A DNA stretch of 64,000 bases from an uncultured Gemmatimonadales bacterium (GTDB taxonomy: Bacteria > Gemmatimonadota > Gemmatimonadetes > Gemmatimonadales > GWC2-71-9). How positions within the stretch are numbered: position 1 is the first letter of the stretch; each line of letters begins with the position of its first letter. The stretch covers positions 1,200,012 to 1,264,011 of the forward strand of contig CAWGED010000005.1 in the NCBI GenBank assembly GCA_963821525.1. The letters run 5' to 3'. Of the stretch, positions 47,477 through 58,667 are shown piece by piece. The position numbers and the translations under genes are program-made. The notes below the pieces were generated by a model. That model saw only the letters and a program-made list of their open reading frames with translations, made no database searches and was not told where the DNA came from.

Positions 47477-48964
47477 TTACCCCGCCGCCCTGGCAAGCAC
47501 GAATTCGGCGAACAGTCGCATGCAGGCCCCGGTGGGACCGCGCGCCCCGGTGGGGTCTTCCCGCTCGGTGTACGCAGTGCCGGCGATGTCGATATGGGCC
47601 CACTTGAAGTCGGACGCGAACTCCCGGAGGAACCATCCCGCGGAAATACTGCCGGCGGGCCGCCCGCCCGAGTTCTTCATGTCGGCGATGTCCGACTTGA
47701 TGAGATCGCGGTACTCGTCCCAGAGCGGCATGGGCCAGACCCGTTCTCCCGACCGATCGCCGGCTCGCCGGACTTCTTCGATCAGAGAATCATCGGTGCC
47801 CATGACTCCGGATGCCGCATGACCGAGTGCCACAACAATGGCGCCGGTCAGAGTCGCCGCGTCGAGGACGCAGGCCGGGGCGAAGCGCCTCGCGTAGGAG
47901 AGCGCGTCACACAGGATCAACCGCCCCTCCGCGTCGGTGTTCACGATCTCGATCGTCTTGCCCAGGTGGCTCTTCACCACATCGCCCGGCTTGAGCGCGG
48001 TGCCGCTGGGGAGATTCTCGGTGGAGGGTACCAGGCCGATCACGTTCAGCTTGGGCTTCAGGCGACCCAGCGTCTCGAAAACGCCCAGGACCGCCGCCGC
48101 ACCCGACATGTCGTACTTCATGTCCTCCATCTTGTCGGCCGGCTTGATCGAGATGCCACCGCTGTCGAACGTGACGCCCTTGCCGATCAGCACGACGGGA
48201 GCACCCTTGCCTCCCTTGTACTCCAGGGCGATGAAGCGCGGCTCCTGGGTGCTGCCCTGCGAAACGGACAGGAGTCCACCCATCCCTTCCTTCTTGATGG
48301 CGGCAAGATCCAGGACCGTGGCGCTGAACCCATGGCGGCGCGCGAGATCCTGAGCCGTGGTGCCGAGGTAGGTGGGAGTGCAGACATTCCCCGGCAGAAC
48401 CTGAAGACCGCGGGTCAGATTCTGCCTGCCCGCGATGGCCGCGCCGATCGCATGGCCCGCCTCGAACTCGGTCGGCCGGTCTCCGGCCAGAATGTCGATC
48501 TGCTCCAGGTCGGGCCGCTTCTCCTCGGGCGGCTGCTTCATCTCCCCGTAATACCATCCACCGTAGGCCAGACCCTCGGCGATCACCTGTCCCGCGTCCT
48601 TCGCCGTGACCGGCCCCAGCGCCTCGGGAGCCAGATGGAACGCGCCCGCCGGAACTCCGAGGGCCCGGGCACGCTTGGCAGCGATCGCCGCCGCACGCCG
48701 GATGGCCCCCCGAGTCTGCTCTCCCGCCTTGCCCATGCCGACGAGCAGGATGCGGGCGGCGGGACCCGGCGGGTGCAGCAGGGCCCACTCATCCTTCTTC
48801 CCCGCGAAGTCTCCCGTGCCCAGGACTCTGCTCAAGGCCCCCTGCACCTGGCGATCCAATGCGCCGAGGGAAGCCGGGAGTCCGCCGGTTGGCAGGGCAA
48901 GAATGAGCAGAGGCGTCTCGTACCCAGCGGGCGCCGCGGCACGGACGGTCGTCGTGAGGGGCAT
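47477..48964 (-). CDS. pepA: leucyl aminopeptidase (M17)
   Basis: GKGVTFDSGG, MKYDM and NTDAEGRL; probable start MPLTTT at 48964. Confidence 0.95.
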   Translation of the reverse strand: MPLTTTVRAAAPAGYETPLLILALPTGGLPASLGALDRQVQGALSRVLGTGDFAGKKDEWALLHPPGPAARILLVGMGKAGEQTRGAIRRAAAIAAKRARALGVPAGAFHLAPEALGPVTAKDAGQVIAEGLAYGGWYYGEMKQPPEEKRPDLEQIDILAGDRPTEFEAGHAIGAAIAGRQNLTRGLQVLPGNVCTPTYLGTTAQDLARRHGFSATVLDLAAIKKEGMGGLLSVSQGSTQEPRFIALEYKGGKGAPVVLIGKGVTFDSGGISIKPADKMEDMKYDMSGAAAVLGVFETLGRLKPKLNVIGLVPSTENLPSGTALKPGDVVKSHLGKTIEIVNTDAEGRLILCDALSYARRFAPACVLDAATLTGAIVVALGHAASGVMGTDDSLIEEVRRAGDRSGERVWPMPLWDEYRDLIKSDIADMKNSGGRPAGSISAGWFLREFASDFKWAHIDIAGTAYTEREDPTGARGPTGACMRLFAEFVLARAAG

Positions 48965-48993
48965 GGATGGCAGGTGCTGGAAAGGTGGAATGG

Positions 48994-50134
48994 TTACGTC
49001 CGGCGGCTGCGAATCGGCCGGTAGGGGCGATCGACCGCACCAATATACTCGGCTCGCGGCCGTAACAGGCGCTCGTCCTGGTATTGCTCGAGAACATGCG
49101 CGGCCCAGCCGGGCATGCGGCTCACCGCGAACACCGCGGTAAACAAGCTCGTCCGGGATTCCCACCGCGCGGTAGAGCGGTGCCAGGTAGAAATCCACGA
49201 TCGGGTACCGTCCGCTCCGTTCGACGACGCAGGCTTCGAGCGCTTTAGCGGTCTCCATCAGCGGAGTCAGTCCCGCGCGAGCGCATTGCGCCTCGGCCAG
49301 ACCGCGGAGGAATCCCGTCCGTGGATCCTCTCCCCGGAATACCTGATGCCCGAACCCCGCAATTCGGCTCCCTGCGGCCATTCGGGCCGTGACCCAGGGC
49401 TCGACCGCATCGGGGCGCCCGATCTCATCGAGGACTGCCGCGACGTTCCGGGCGTGAGCCCCATGCCGCGGCCCCGACAACGCCGACCACGCGGAAAGGA
49501 TCGAACCGAACAGGTCCGCTCCGGTTGCCGCCGTGACTCGGGCGGCAAAGGTCGAGGGATTCAGCTCGTTGTCGGCCCGGAGGATCAAGGCCGCATCGAG
49601 CGCGCGCACTGCCTCGGCGCTCGTATCCGCGCCGGGGAGCAAGGTGAGGAAGTTCTCAGCGAACCCGAGCGATTTCCTGGGGAGCACCGGCCGCTCGCCG
49701 CGTCGCAGCCGCGCCACCGCACCAACCATCGTGGGTGTGAGCGCCAGGAGCCGCATCGCCTGCTTGAGTCCGGTTTCGGCCGTGGGAGCCGATTCCCCTT
49801 CCTCGGTTGCCAGCACCGCCAACCCCACCCGCACCGCAGCCATGGGATCCGCCTGAGTGGGGACCTGTTTCAAGGCTCGCAGGATGGCAGGCGAGAGTTT
49901 CCGGCGGGAGCGCAGCACGCTGTTGAACTCGCGAAGCTCGGCGCCGGTCGGGAGGTCTCCGCGCAGGAGAAGGAAGGCGGTCTCTTCGAAAGTGGAACGC
50001 TCTCCCAATTCCCTCACGTCATAGCCGCGGTAACCCAGCCGGCCATCCGACGCGGAGAGCCGGCATACACTGGTTTGCAGGGCGATGACGTCGTCGAGAC
50101 CGCGCAGCGGCGCGGCCAGAGTGGGTCCGGTCAT
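48994..50134 (-). CDS. citrate synthase family protein, divergent (frameshift near 49145)
   Basis: GRLGYRGYDV, STFAARV, GPRHG, GFGH..DPR and VDFY; alternate-frame tail SRMPGWAAHVLEQ..LLRPRAEYIG with its own stop. Confidence 0.85.
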
Positions 50135-50163
50135 TCTCGGAGCACTGGACGTGGGGAGCGACG

Positions 50164-50187
50164 AAAAGCCCCGGCGAATGCCGGGGC
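50164..50187 (-). terminator. intrinsic terminator after cysA
   Basis: GCCCCGGC-ATTC-GCCGGGGC-TTTT on the minus strand. Confidence 0.75.
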
Positions 50188-50231
50188 GTGAAAGCTGGTG
50201 CGCGAGTCGCTGCCGGGCAACTGGCCGGCGG

Positions 50232-51290
50232 TCAGCGAGGGAAGATCCGGGCACTCCGGGGAGAGACGTAGACCTTGTCACCGCGGGAGAGAGCCAGCTC
50301 TTCGAAGCGGTGGCGAGACACTTCGGCCTCGATCAACTGGCCATCCTCCACCCGGTCCATCTCCAGCCGCACCATCGGGCCGTAGCGGCGAACGTGACGC
50401 ACCTCGGCCTCGATCGCCGGCCGCCCGTTCGGGGTCCGGGCAAGATCCACCTCGTAGGTCCGGACGTAGGCGACGGCGTCCTGGTCCGGAGCGCCCGCGA
50501 AATCAGGCGCATCCCATTCCCCGCCCTCGATTTTCACCCGGCCTTCGCTGAGCCGGCCATGAAACAGGTTGACGTTGCCGAGGAAGCTGTAGACGAAGGG
50601 TGTCGCAGGACGCTCGTAGACCTCTTCGGGCGTCCCCATCTGTTCCACCTGGCCCTCGTTCATCACCACGACCCGGTCGGAGACCTCCATGGCCTCTTCC
50701 TGGTCGTGGGTGACGAAGACGCTGGTGACGTGAACCTCGTCGTGCAGCCGCCGCAGCCAGCGCCGCAGTTCTTTCCGCACTTTGGCATCGAGCGCGCCGA
50801 ACGGCTCGTCCAGCAACAGAACCCTCGGCTTCACCGCCAGTGCGCGCGCCAATGCCACCCGCTGGCGTTGACCGCCGCTGAGCTGCGAGGGAAATCGATC
50901 CGCCAGCCAGTCCAGCTGCACCAGCTTGAGGAGATCCATGACCGTGGTCCTGATCTCATCTTGAGAAGGACGCACGTCCCGAGGACGGACTCGGAGGCCG
51001 AAGGCCACGTTCTCGAACACGCTCATGTGGCGGAAGAGGGCGTAGTGCTGGAAGACGAATCCCACCCGCCGCTCGCGAACATGCCGGGTCGTCGCGTCTT
51101 CTCCCGAGAACAGGATGGAGCCCGCATCGGGAGCGTCGAGTCCCGCGATGATCCGGAGCAGGGTCGTCTTGCCGCTGCCGGAAGGACCGAGCAGCGCCAC
51201 CAGCTCGCCGTCGGGAATTTCCAGCGACACGTTCTTCACCGCGGCAAAGGTGCCGAAGGCCTTGGTGACGCCTCTGATCTCGATGCTCAT
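50232..51290 (-). CDS. cysA: sulfate/thiosulfate ABC transporter ATP-binding protein
   Basis: [28 protein letters not shown] and [13 protein letters not shown]. Confidence 0.96.
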   Translation of the reverse strand: MSIEIRGVTKAFGTFAAVKNVSLEIPDGELVALLGPSGSGKTTLLRIIAGLDAPDAGSILFSGEDATTRHVRERRVGFVFQHYALFRHMSVFENVAFGLRVRPRDVRPSQDEIRTTVMDLLKLVQLDWLADRFPSQLSGGQRQRVALARALAVKPRVLLLDEPFGALDAKVRKELRRWLRRLHDEVHVTSVFVTHDQEEAMEVSDRVVVMNEGQVEQMGTPEEVYERPATPFVYSFLGNVNLFHGRLSEGRVKIEGGEWDAPDFAGAPDQDAVAYVRTYEVDLARTPNGRPAIEAEVRHVRRYGPMVRLEMDRVEDGQLIEAEVSRHRFEELALSRGDKVYVSPRSARIFPR

Positions 51291-52201
51291 GCGGCTCTCC
51301 TCTCGGGAACGCCTTCGGGCTCGACCGTCATCGCGGCGGTCGCGCGGGCCAGGCGCCATTCCACCGCGGTCTTCGCCGCGAGAGTCACCAGCGCCAGCAG
51401 CGTCAGAATCGAGGCCGCGGCGAAGGAGGCGGTGAAGTTGTATTCGTTGTAGAGGATCTCGATGTGAAGCGGCAGCGTGTTGGTGAGACCCCGGATGTGA
51501 CCCGAGACGACCGACACCGCACCGAATTCGCCCATCGCCCGGGCATTGCAGAGGATCACACCATAGAGCAGGCCCCACTTGATGTTGGGGAGCGTGATTC
51601 TCCAGAAGGTGCGGAGACCGCTCGCCCCCAGCACCATCGCCGCTTCTTCTTCTTCCGGCCCCTGCTCCTGCATCAGCGGGATCAGCTCGCGGGCAACGAA
51701 CGGGAAGGTCACGAATGCCGTCGCGATGACGATGCCGGGAACTGCGAAGACAATCTTCAGGTCATGGTCCTGAAGCCAGGGACCGAAGACCCCCTGCGCG
51801 CCGAACAGCAGGATGAACACCATGCCCGCGATCACCGGTGAGACCGCGAACGGCAGATCGATCAGCGTGATCAGCAGGTTCTTGCCGCGAAATTCGAACT
51901 TGGCGATGGCCCAGGCGGCCGCGACGCCGAAGGTCGCGTTCAGCGGCACCGCGATCGCCGCGGTGAGCAGAGTCAGCTTGATGGCCGCCGCCGCATCCGG
52001 TTCAACCAGTGCGGCCAGGTACACCTCGATCCCCTTCCGCAGCCCTTCGTAGAAGACGAGGACCATCGGCACCAGGAGGAAGAGCGCCAGGAACGAGAGC
52101 GCGAGCCCCGTCAGCGTCATCCGAACCCAGCGCGGCTCGGTCGTGGCGCGAGGTGCCACCGCATCCTTTCCCAGCCTTCGCATTCCCGTGGTACCCGCCA
52201 T
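51287..52201 (-). CDS. cysW: sulfate ABC transporter permease CysW
   Basis: [12 protein letters not shown] and [16 protein letters not shown]. Confidence 0.96.
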   Translation of the reverse strand: MAGTTGMRRLGKDAVAPRATTEPRWVRMTLTGLALSFLALFLLVPMVLVFYEGLRKGIEVYLAALVEPDAAAAIKLTLLTAAIAVPLNATFGVAAAWAIAKFEFRGKNLLITLIDLPFAVSPVIAGMVFILLFGAQGVFGPWLQDHDLKIVFAVPGIVIATAFVTFPFVARELIPLMQEQGPEEEEAAMVLGASGLRTFWRITLPNIKWGLLYGVILCNARAMGEFGAVSVVSGHIRGLTNTLPLHIEILYNEYNFTASFAAASILTLLALVTLAAKTAVEWRLARATAAMTVEPEGVPERRAA

Positions 52202-52210
52202 TGTGCCTCC

Positions 52211-53038
52211 TCAGGCCGCTGCCCGCCGGCGGCCTGCCCACTGGAGCAGGTTGATGCCGAGCAGGATGATGAAGGAGAACACCAGCATGACCACGGCGAT
52301 CGCGGTGGCGCCGGGATAGTCGAATTGTTCCAGCTTGGTCATGATGAGGAGCGGGGCGATCTCGGTCTTCATCGGCATGTTGCCGGAGATGAAGACCACC
52401 GACCCGTACTCTCCCACCGAACGGGCAAACGCGAGCGCGAAGCCGGTGAGCAGTGCCGGCATCAGCGGCGGCAGCAGCACTCGCCGGAAGGTCTGCCACC
52501 GGCTGGCACCGAGGCTGGCCGCCGCCTCTTCGATTTCCCGCTCGAGATCCTGTAGCACCGGCTGAACCGTGCGAACTACGAAGGGCAGGCCGATGAACGT
52601 CAGCGCCACCGCGACGCCGAGGGGCGTGAAAGCCACCTTGATGCCAATCGCTTCCAGCCAGCGCCCGATCCAGCCATTCGGGCCATACAGTGTGGTCAGG
52701 GAGATGCCGGCGACCGCGGTCGGCAGCGCGAAAGGCAGATCAACCAGCGCGTCGATCAGCTTGCGTCCGGGGAAGCGGTAGCGCACCAGCACCCAGGCCA
52801 CGAGCAGGCCCGTCACGGCGTTAATCAATGCCGCGAGGAAGGCGGCCCCAAAGCTCAACCGATAAGAAGCAAGCACCCGCGGCGAAGTCGCACTCTCCCA
52901 GAAATGGCCCCACCCCAGCTCCGCCGACCGGAAGAAGATCGTCGAGAGCGGCAGCAGGACGAGCAGACTCAGATAGGTGATGGTGATCCCCATCGAGAGC
53001 CCGAAGCCCGGCAGCACGGAGTGGCGGCGGGAACTCAT
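52211..53038 (-). CDS. cysT: sulfate ABC transporter permease CysT
   Basis: [26 protein letters not shown] and [12 protein letters not shown]. Confidence 0.95.
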   Translation of the reverse strand: MSSRRHSVLPGFGLSMGITITYLSLLVLLPLSTIFFRSAELGWGHFWESATSPRVLASYRLSFGAAFLAALINAVTGLLVAWVLVRYRFPGRKLIDALVDLPFALPTAVAGISLTTLYGPNGWIGRWLEAIGIKVAFTPLGVAVALTFIGLPFVVRTVQPVLQDLEREIEEAAASLGASRWQTFRRVLLPPLMPALLTGFALAFARSVGEYGSVVFISGNMPMKTEIAPLLIMTKLEQFDYPGATAIAVVMLVFSFIILLGINLLQWAGRRRAAA

Positions 53039-54166
53039 TTGGTCGAAGCGTCCTTCCACGGTGACCCTGACGCGGTGCCAGGCATTGTTCATGTAGCCCT
53101 TGAAGTTCCAGAGCGGCCGGGGATCCTCGGGTTGAGTGTTGCCCTCGGAGTCCCAAGCCCGGGCTGTGAGAACGTTGCTTCCGACTGGGAGGGTGAGCTC
53201 GAGCTGCCACAGGGTCCAGCTCCATGGGTCGCCCACTTTGGAGAGCTGAGCGTAATGCCAGCTGGCTCCACCGTCCGCGCTCACCTCGACCCGTTCGATC
53301 GTCCGTCCGCCATTGGCGCAGGCCCATCCGCTCACCGGTACCCTGCCCTGCGGCAACCTGGCCTCGGCTTGCGGCGACCAGATGACCGAGTTGAGCGGCA
53401 TATCCGACAGCGCGACACCCTGCTCCCACACCACGGAGGTCGCATCAACCTCAGGTGGAAACATCCGGTAGGCGTGACTCTGGAAGTAGTTGGTGGTTGG
53501 CGTGGTCTGCAGGTGAATGTTCGTCACCCACTTCACACTCCGGGCGCCGATGTAGCCCGGCACGATGACGCGCAACGGAAATCCGTGTACCGGAGGCAGC
53601 GGTGCGCCGTTCATCTCCCAGGCAAGCAGAGTTTCCTCGGCCATCGCCTTGCTCAACGGAATCGAGCCCCCGAATCCGAATCGTTTGCCCTCGCGCTCGA
53701 TTTCGTCGAGGCCGGTGAAAGCCGCATGCCGCGCCTCGGGACGGATTCCCGCCGTATCGAGCACTCGAGCCAGGCTCACGCCCCGCCACACCCCATTGCT
53801 CACCGGCTCGGCCCCCCACACCACCTCTCCCGGGATCGGGCGGACAGCGATCAGCTCGTCCCGCCGCAGTCCGGCGCAGGAGATGGTGGCCGGTACGGTC
53901 TCGACCGGGTAATCCCGGCGCAGCTGCTCCAGGGAGAGGCTCAGCGGTCGCTCCACCAGGCCATCGACGGTGAGCCGATAGCCCGCGGGATCGACCGATG
54001 GCACCGCCCCATGATTGCGGGTGAAAAACAGCTCCGTCGGCGTCACAGGGTGATCCCGCAGCAGTTCGGGCGGAGGGCCCGAGTTGAACCAGCGGGCGTC
54101 TCGCACCAGTTGCTTTGGATGTTTCCCATAGGGCATCGCGTCGGGTCGTTCGGTCATACGCACCAT
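53039..54166 (-). CDS. sulfite oxidase family molybdoenzyme (in frame with cysT in this assembly)
   Basis: FFTRNHG, CAGLRR (Mo-ligand Cys), [20 protein letters not shown] and [14 protein letters not shown]; no Tat signal or heme domain. Confidence 0.9.
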
Positions 54167-54170
54167 TTCT

Positions 54171-55181
54171 TTAGCGGTTCTCATAAATCTGATCGAAGAC
54201 ACCGCCATCTGCGAAGTGCGTCGCCTGTGCCTTGGTCCAGCCACCGAACACCTCGTCGATCGTGAACAGCGTGATCTGGGGGAACGTGGCGGCGTACTTC
54301 GTCGCGACCGCCTGGTTGCGCGGGCGATAGTAGTGCTTCGCGACCAGCTCCTGGCCCTGGTCGCTGTAGAGGAACTGGAGATAGGCCTGCGCTACTTCCA
54401 GCGTGCCCCGCTTCTTCGCCACCTTGTCCACGACCGTCACCGGCGGCTCCGCCAGGATGCTGACCGAGGGCACCACGATCTGGAACTTGTCCGGTCCCAG
54501 CTCCTTCACCGCCAGCAAGGCTTCATTCTCCCACGCGAGCAGGACGTCTCCGATTCCCCGCTCGACGAAGGTCGTGGTCGAGCCGCGAGCGCCCGAGTCG
54601 AGAACCGGAACGTTCTTGTAGATCCGGGCGACGAAATCCTTCGCCTTGGCCTGATCGCCGCCGAATTTCTTCAGGGCGTAGCCCCAGGCCGCGAGGTAAT
54701 TCCAGCGAGCGCCACCGGATGTTTTTGGATTCGGCGTGATTACCGAGAGGCCCGAACGGGCGATGTCATCCCAGTCCTTGATGTTCTTGGGATTCCCCTT
54801 CCGGACCAGGAAGACGATGGTCGAGGTGTAAGGGGCGCTGTTGTTGGGCAACCGCTTCTGCCAGTCGGCCGGAAATAGCTTGGCCTTCTGGGCGATCTCG
54901 TCGATGTCATAGGCGAGAGCGAGGGTAACCACGTCGGCCTCCAGGCCGTCGATTACCGAGCGGGCCTGTTTGCCTGAACCCCCGTGAGACTGCCGGATCG
55001 TGACGTCGACACCCTTCTCCGCCTTGTACTTCGCGGCGAAGGCGGCATTCACGTCCTGATACAACTCCCGGGTCGGATCGTAGGAGACATTGAGCAGAGT
55101 GACCGGCTTCTGGGCCTCGGCCGCCGTCGCCAGGCCGAGGGCAAGTGAAGCCGCCGCAACACCACGAATCAGGAAAGCCAT
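54171..55181 (-). CDS. sbp: sulfate ABC transporter substrate-binding protein
   Basis: [24 protein letters not shown] and [11 protein letters not shown]. Confidence 0.96.
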   Translation of the reverse strand: MAFLIRGVAAASLALGLATAAEAQKPVTLLNVSYDPTRELYQDVNAAFAAKYKAEKGVDVTIRQSHGGSGKQARSVIDGLEADVVTLALAYDIDEIAQKAKLFPADWQKRLPNNSAPYTSTIVFLVRKGNPKNIKDWDDIARSGLSVITPNPKTSGGARWNYLAAWGYALKKFGGDQAKAKDFVARIYKNVPVLDSGARGSTTTFVERGIGDVLLAWENEALLAVKELGPDKFQIVVPSVSILAEPPVTVVDKVAKKRGTLEVAQAYLQFLYSDQGQELVAKHYYRPRNQAVATKYAATFPQITLFTIDEVFGGWTKAQATHFADGGVFDQIYENR

Positions 55182-55191
55182 TGCACGTTCC

Positions 55192-56592
55192 TCAGAAGGA
55201 GGTCTGGAACCGAGTCGCGAAGAACTTCTCGTCGGGACGGTCACCAGTCGTGGCGCCCCCTTCGAACTGCGTCTGCTCATAGTTGAACATCAGCTTCACG
55301 TTCCGGCCGAGGTGCCAGTTGAGGCCGACGGCCCAGGCCTTCTCCTCGGTGACGGACGCGGTCGGGCTCGCATAGATCGGGAACGCGTCGTCGTCGAAGT
55401 CCAGCTCGCCATAACGCGCGACCAGCTCGAAGGCACCCCATCCCCCGGCGAACGGATCGAACTGCTTCTTCGGGGTGACGCTCTTGAAGGAGTTCTTCTC
55501 TCCGGTCAGGAAGAACGAACCCTCCACCTGCCACGCCTTGTGCTCCAGCTTCTCCGTGGTGCGGGTGACGCCGGTGTCACGAGCCACCTCCTGACGGGTG
55601 ATGGCGTACTCCGCGAGCAGGCCCAGGGGACCTTTGTTGAGGTAGGCTTGGGGAATGATTCGTTCCCTGCGCCCGTCGGCGATGACGGTCCCGGTGACGG
55701 GCGCCGTAGTGCTCGTCAGGTAGCGGAAGACCGTGGCCTGGCCGGGCGAGCGATATGAAGGAAGGGCCGTGGTCGTGATGTTGCCGAGCTCATCCCCGGT
55801 GCTCGCGGCGATGCCGAAACCGAGATCAACCGGTGGATTCTCCGCCTTCTTGGCGAAAGGCACGATGAAGAGGCGGCCTACGAGGTCTTTGCCGTCGGCC
55901 ACGTCGTTCAGCCCGCTGGCGAGATCAGGGACGCCGTCGAAGATCGCCGCGTTGTAGTTGAGGATTCCGCCCGCCAGGTCGCCTGCGACCTGGAGACCGA
56001 CATCTCGGCTGGGTACCAGGTTGGTGGGCAGGCCGCGCTCGATGAACTTCACGTCCGTGGCCGACTGATACCGCTCGAGACCGAGTGCCGGCTTGTACTT
56101 CCCTGCCCGCACCGCGAATTCCGGCTTGAAGCGGGCTTCGAAGTACGCGTCGAAGATCGTTGGCGCGGCGCCGGCGAAGTCCGGCATGATGCGGAAGTCG
56201 TAGTACTTGTAGACCGTGCCCTCGAGGATGGGCCGTACCCGGCGCAGCAGCAGGTCGTTGGTGAGGACCTGGGCGTCGTCGCTCAAGTAGACTCGCGCGT
56301 CCGTCTGGAGATACCCGCGCAGCTTGAGCACGAAGTTCCCATCGGCCGATTTGAGCTGGAACCCTGTGGCGCCGGCGGTCACCGACGGACGCGACTTGGC
56401 CGCGTTGATCACGCTGTCCTGGTAGAGCTCCCAGCGACGGCTGAGGACCTTGATCTGCTGATCGAGGTCATCGAGACGCTGCTGCGTGGCCTCGGCAGCG
56501 CTGTCCTGCTGCGCCACGAGTTGTGGCGCTCCAACCACAGCGCTGAGGGCCCAGAACAGCATGAGGCCCGTCTTCCATCGGATCGTCACCAT
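55192..56592 (-). CDS. OprO/OprP-like anion-selective porin
   Basis: Signal peptide plus coiled coil; [27 protein letters not shown] and GAFELVARY; terminal Phe. Confidence 0.85.
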   Translation of the reverse strand: MVTIRWKTGLMLFWALSAVVGAPQLVAQQDSAAEATQQRLDDLDQQIKVLSRRWELYQDSVINAAKSRPSVTAGATGFQLKSADGNFVLKLRGYLQTDARVYLSDDAQVLTNDLLLRRVRPILEGTVYKYYDFRIMPDFAGAAPTIFDAYFEARFKPEFAVRAGKYKPALGLERYQSATDVKFIERGLPTNLVPSRDVGLQVAGDLAGGILNYNAAIFDGVPDLASGLNDVADGKDLVGRLFIVPFAKKAENPPVDLGFGIAASTGDELGNITTTALPSYRSPGQATVFRYLTSTTAPVTGTVIADGRRERIIPQAYLNKGPLGLLAEYAITRQEVARDTGVTRTTEKLEHKAWQVEGSFFLTGEKNSFKSVTPKKQFDPFAGGWGAFELVARYGELDFDDDAFPIYASPTASVTEEKAWAVGLNWHLGRNVKLMFNYEQTQFEGGATTGDRPDEKFFATRFQTSF

Positions 56593-56682
56593 CGGCTAAT
56601 CTCCGTGAAAACGGGGGCCTCCGGCTGTCCGGTCAGTCCCCAGGGTGAAGTACGGTTCCGGCTCATTCGAGCCGGGCGAAAT

Positions 56683-56844
56683 TCAGGAGCCGCTGGGCCT
56701 AACTTCCGTGCCCAAGCGGACTTTCTCCCGCCGTTCCAGCTGCACGATGCGCCCTTCGTGGACCACGATTTCGAGCGAGCCGAACCGGAGTCCGTGCAGC
56801 GCCTGCGCTACTGCCGCCAACATCGCCTTATCTATATCTGTCAT
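56683..56844 (-). CDS. YezD/OscA (DUF2292) small sulfur-starvation-associated protein, 53 aa
   Basis: Hand translation MTDIDKAMLAAVAQALHGLRFGSLEIVVHEGRIVQLERREKVRL...; GGAG RBS; below the ORF-track cutoff. Confidence 0.85.
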   Translation of the reverse strand: MTDIDKAMLAAVAQALHGLRFGSLEIVVHEGRIVQLERREKVRLGTEVRPSGS

Positions 56845-56882
56845 ATTACTCCGATTAAGTCTAGCGGCTTAGTAGGGTAATA
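56845..56882. promoter_or_regulatory. putative Rrf2 operator
   Basis: AT-rich imperfect palindrome ATTACTCCGATTAAG...CTTAGTAGGGTAAT between rrf2 and the YezD start. Confidence 0.55.
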
Positions 56883-56901
56883 GAGCAAAGCATATGCCGC
56901 T

Positions 56902-57354
56902 TCAGCCCCGAGCCCGCCGCCGGGGCCGCGCCGCGGCCAGTTCCCGCCGGGCCAGCGTCGCCAGGCTCATCTTGTCCAGGATCCGCGCCGTCGCATCCCG
57001 CACTTCCTTCATCGCGAGCCGTACGCCGCAGGCCGCCTCGTCCGCGCAGTCGTCGCACCGCACGTAGCCGGTCTGGCTGGCACAGGGCACCGGGGCCAGC
57101 GGGCCATCGAACAGCCGGACCACCTGCCCTACCGGGATCCGCGAGGGGTCCCGCGCCAGCAGATAGCCGCCGCGCTTCCCCTTCCGGCTCTGGACCATGC
57201 CCTGATTGCGCAGGTCGAGCAGGATCAGCTCGAGGAACTTGGGCGGGATCCGCTCGCGGGCCGCCAGGTCGGCGATCCGCACCGGCTCATCGCCCTTATG
57301 TTCGGTGAGGGCAAGCAAGGCCTTGAGAGCGTACTTGGCCCGTTTTGAGAGCAT
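56902..57354 (-). CDS. Rrf2 family transcriptional regulator
   Basis: KYALKAL, IPPKFLELIL, SRKGKRGGYLL and a Cys-rich C-terminus. Confidence 0.95.
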   Translation of the reverse strand: MLSKRAKYALKALLALTEHKGDEPVRIADLAARERIPPKFLELILLDLRNQGMVQSRKGKRGGYLLARDPSRIPVGQVVRLFDGPLAPVPCASQTGYVRCDDCADEAACGVRLAMKEVRDATARILDKMSLATLARRELAAARPRRRARG

Positions 57355-57394
57355 GGAAGGTGGGTGGGTTGGGTTCAGCGTAAGATAGCGGTAC

Positions 57395-57493
57395 AGTACC
57401 GAGTACCTAGTACCGAGTACCGAGTACCGAGTACCTGCCGAGGCGGAGCTCCCAAGGAGGCACTCGGTACTCAGGTACTAGGTACTCGGTACT
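57395..57493. repeat. inverted heptamer tandem-repeat element (AGTACCG/CGGTACT)
   Basis: agtacc(g/t) x6 ... cactcggtactcaggtactaggtactcggtact; same unit as the UDG element. Confidence 0.92.
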
Positions 57494-57501
57494 TCTTACT
57501 T

Positions 57502-58494
57502 CTAGTCCTTCAGATACTCCTCCCTATACATCTCCATCAGCTCAAAGAAGTACGACAGCGCCAGCGGGCCGATGAGGATGCCGAGGAGCCCGAAGTAGCC
57601 GATGCCGCCGATGGCGCCGATCAGGGTGATCAGGACCGGCACCTGGGCGAAGCGGCGGAACACGGCCGGACGGATCACGACGTCCACGTTGCCCACGACC
57701 ACCGCTCCCAGCACCGCGAGGAAGATGGCGGCGCCGATGCGGTCGCTGAGCGCCAGGGTAATCGCGGCGGGCCCCCACACGAGACCAGCTCCTACCACCG
57801 GCAGGATGCCCAGCACGGCAGTCACCACACCCCAGAACGCCGCGTTGCCGAGTCCCGTGAGCATGAATCCGAGCGTCACGAGACAGCCCTGCACCACCGC
57901 CACCAGGCCCGTCCCCACGATCGTCGAGTAGGTCACGTCCCGGAACCGTTCCCGCAGCCGCTCGGCGTTCTCGGGCGAGAAGGGGATGAAGTCCCGAATC
58001 CGCTCCCAGGAGCTGGCCGGCTGGAGGAGCATGAAGTAGGCGATGAAGAACGCGATGGTGAGGTTGAAGCCGATCCGGGTCGCCGTCCCGACCAGTCCGA
58101 AGACACTGCTGGCGATCTTGGAGACCAGCTCCTCTCCGGCCTGGACCAGCCGGGGGCCGATCGGCACTCCCGAGATCGTGAGGTGACTCAGCCGCTCGAG
58201 GATCGGGCCCTGAATGACGCCGGTGGCCAGCGACTGGGCCTGGCCGACCAGCAGCCCGGTTATCCACACGGTCGGGATGACGAGGACGGCCAGCGCGACG
58301 ATCACGACCAGGAGTGCCGAGAAGCTCGGCCGGATCCACCGCGTCAGCAATCCATGAAGCGGAGCCAGCATGACGAACAAGACCGGCCCGCCGAGCAGAC
58401 CAGACGCAAAGGGAGCCAGCGCCACCAGGATACAGATCCCGAGAATCAGGATCAGGAGGCTGGCGCGGTCTCTATCGGTATCGAGAAAGGGCAT
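57502..58494 (-). CDS. AI-2E family transporter
   Basis: Multi-TM protein; LPVVGAGLVWGP, DVVIRP and GGIGYFGLLGILIGP. Confidence 0.92.
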   Translation of the reverse strand: MPFLDTDRDRASLLILILGICILVALAPFASGLLGGPVLFVMLAPLHGLLTRWIRPSFSALLVVIVALAVLVIPTVWITGLLVGQAQSLATGVIQGPILERLSHLTISGVPIGPRLVQAGEELVSKIASSVFGLVGTATRIGFNLTIAFFIAYFMLLQPASSWERIRDFIPFSPENAERLRERFRDVTYSTIVGTGLVAVVQGCLVTLGFMLTGLGNAAFWGVVTAVLGILPVVGAGLVWGPAAITLALSDRIGAAIFLAVLGAVVVGNVDVVIRPAVFRRFAQVPVLITLIGAIGGIGYFGLLGILIGPLALSYFFELMEMYREEYLKD

Positions 58495-58596
58495 TAGCCG
58501 GAGGTCGGTGAGGGCCGAAGGGGTGGCGCAACATACGCCCGCTCATGCAGTCCGACAAGCAGCCCCTGCCCTCCTCAAGCAATGCTTGAACTGGTA

Positions 58597-58613
58597 ACTT
58601 GCAGAAGGCAAGT
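58597..58613. promoter_or_regulatory. putative HxlR operator
   Basis: Perfect palindrome ACTTGC-N5-GCAAGT upstream of hxlR; degenerate copy at about 58629-58645. Confidence 0.55.
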
Positions 58614-58667
58614 AACGATGTCCGAGTGAGTTGCTTTCTACAAGGCACTACACTCCCAGAGGGAAAA

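Noticed and set aside
48994..50232. Citrate synthase homologue as part of the sulfate operon
   Set aside because: A clear intrinsic terminator separates it from cysA.
47477..50281. 934-aa citrate synthase-leucyl aminopeptidase fusion
   Set aside because: The citrate synthase C-terminus continues in another frame with its own stop at 48994, so the join is a frameshift artefact.
57395..57493. CRISPR array interpretation of the short repeats here and elsewhere
   Set aside because: Units are 7-10 bp, directly tandem, with no regular unique spacers and no cas genes.
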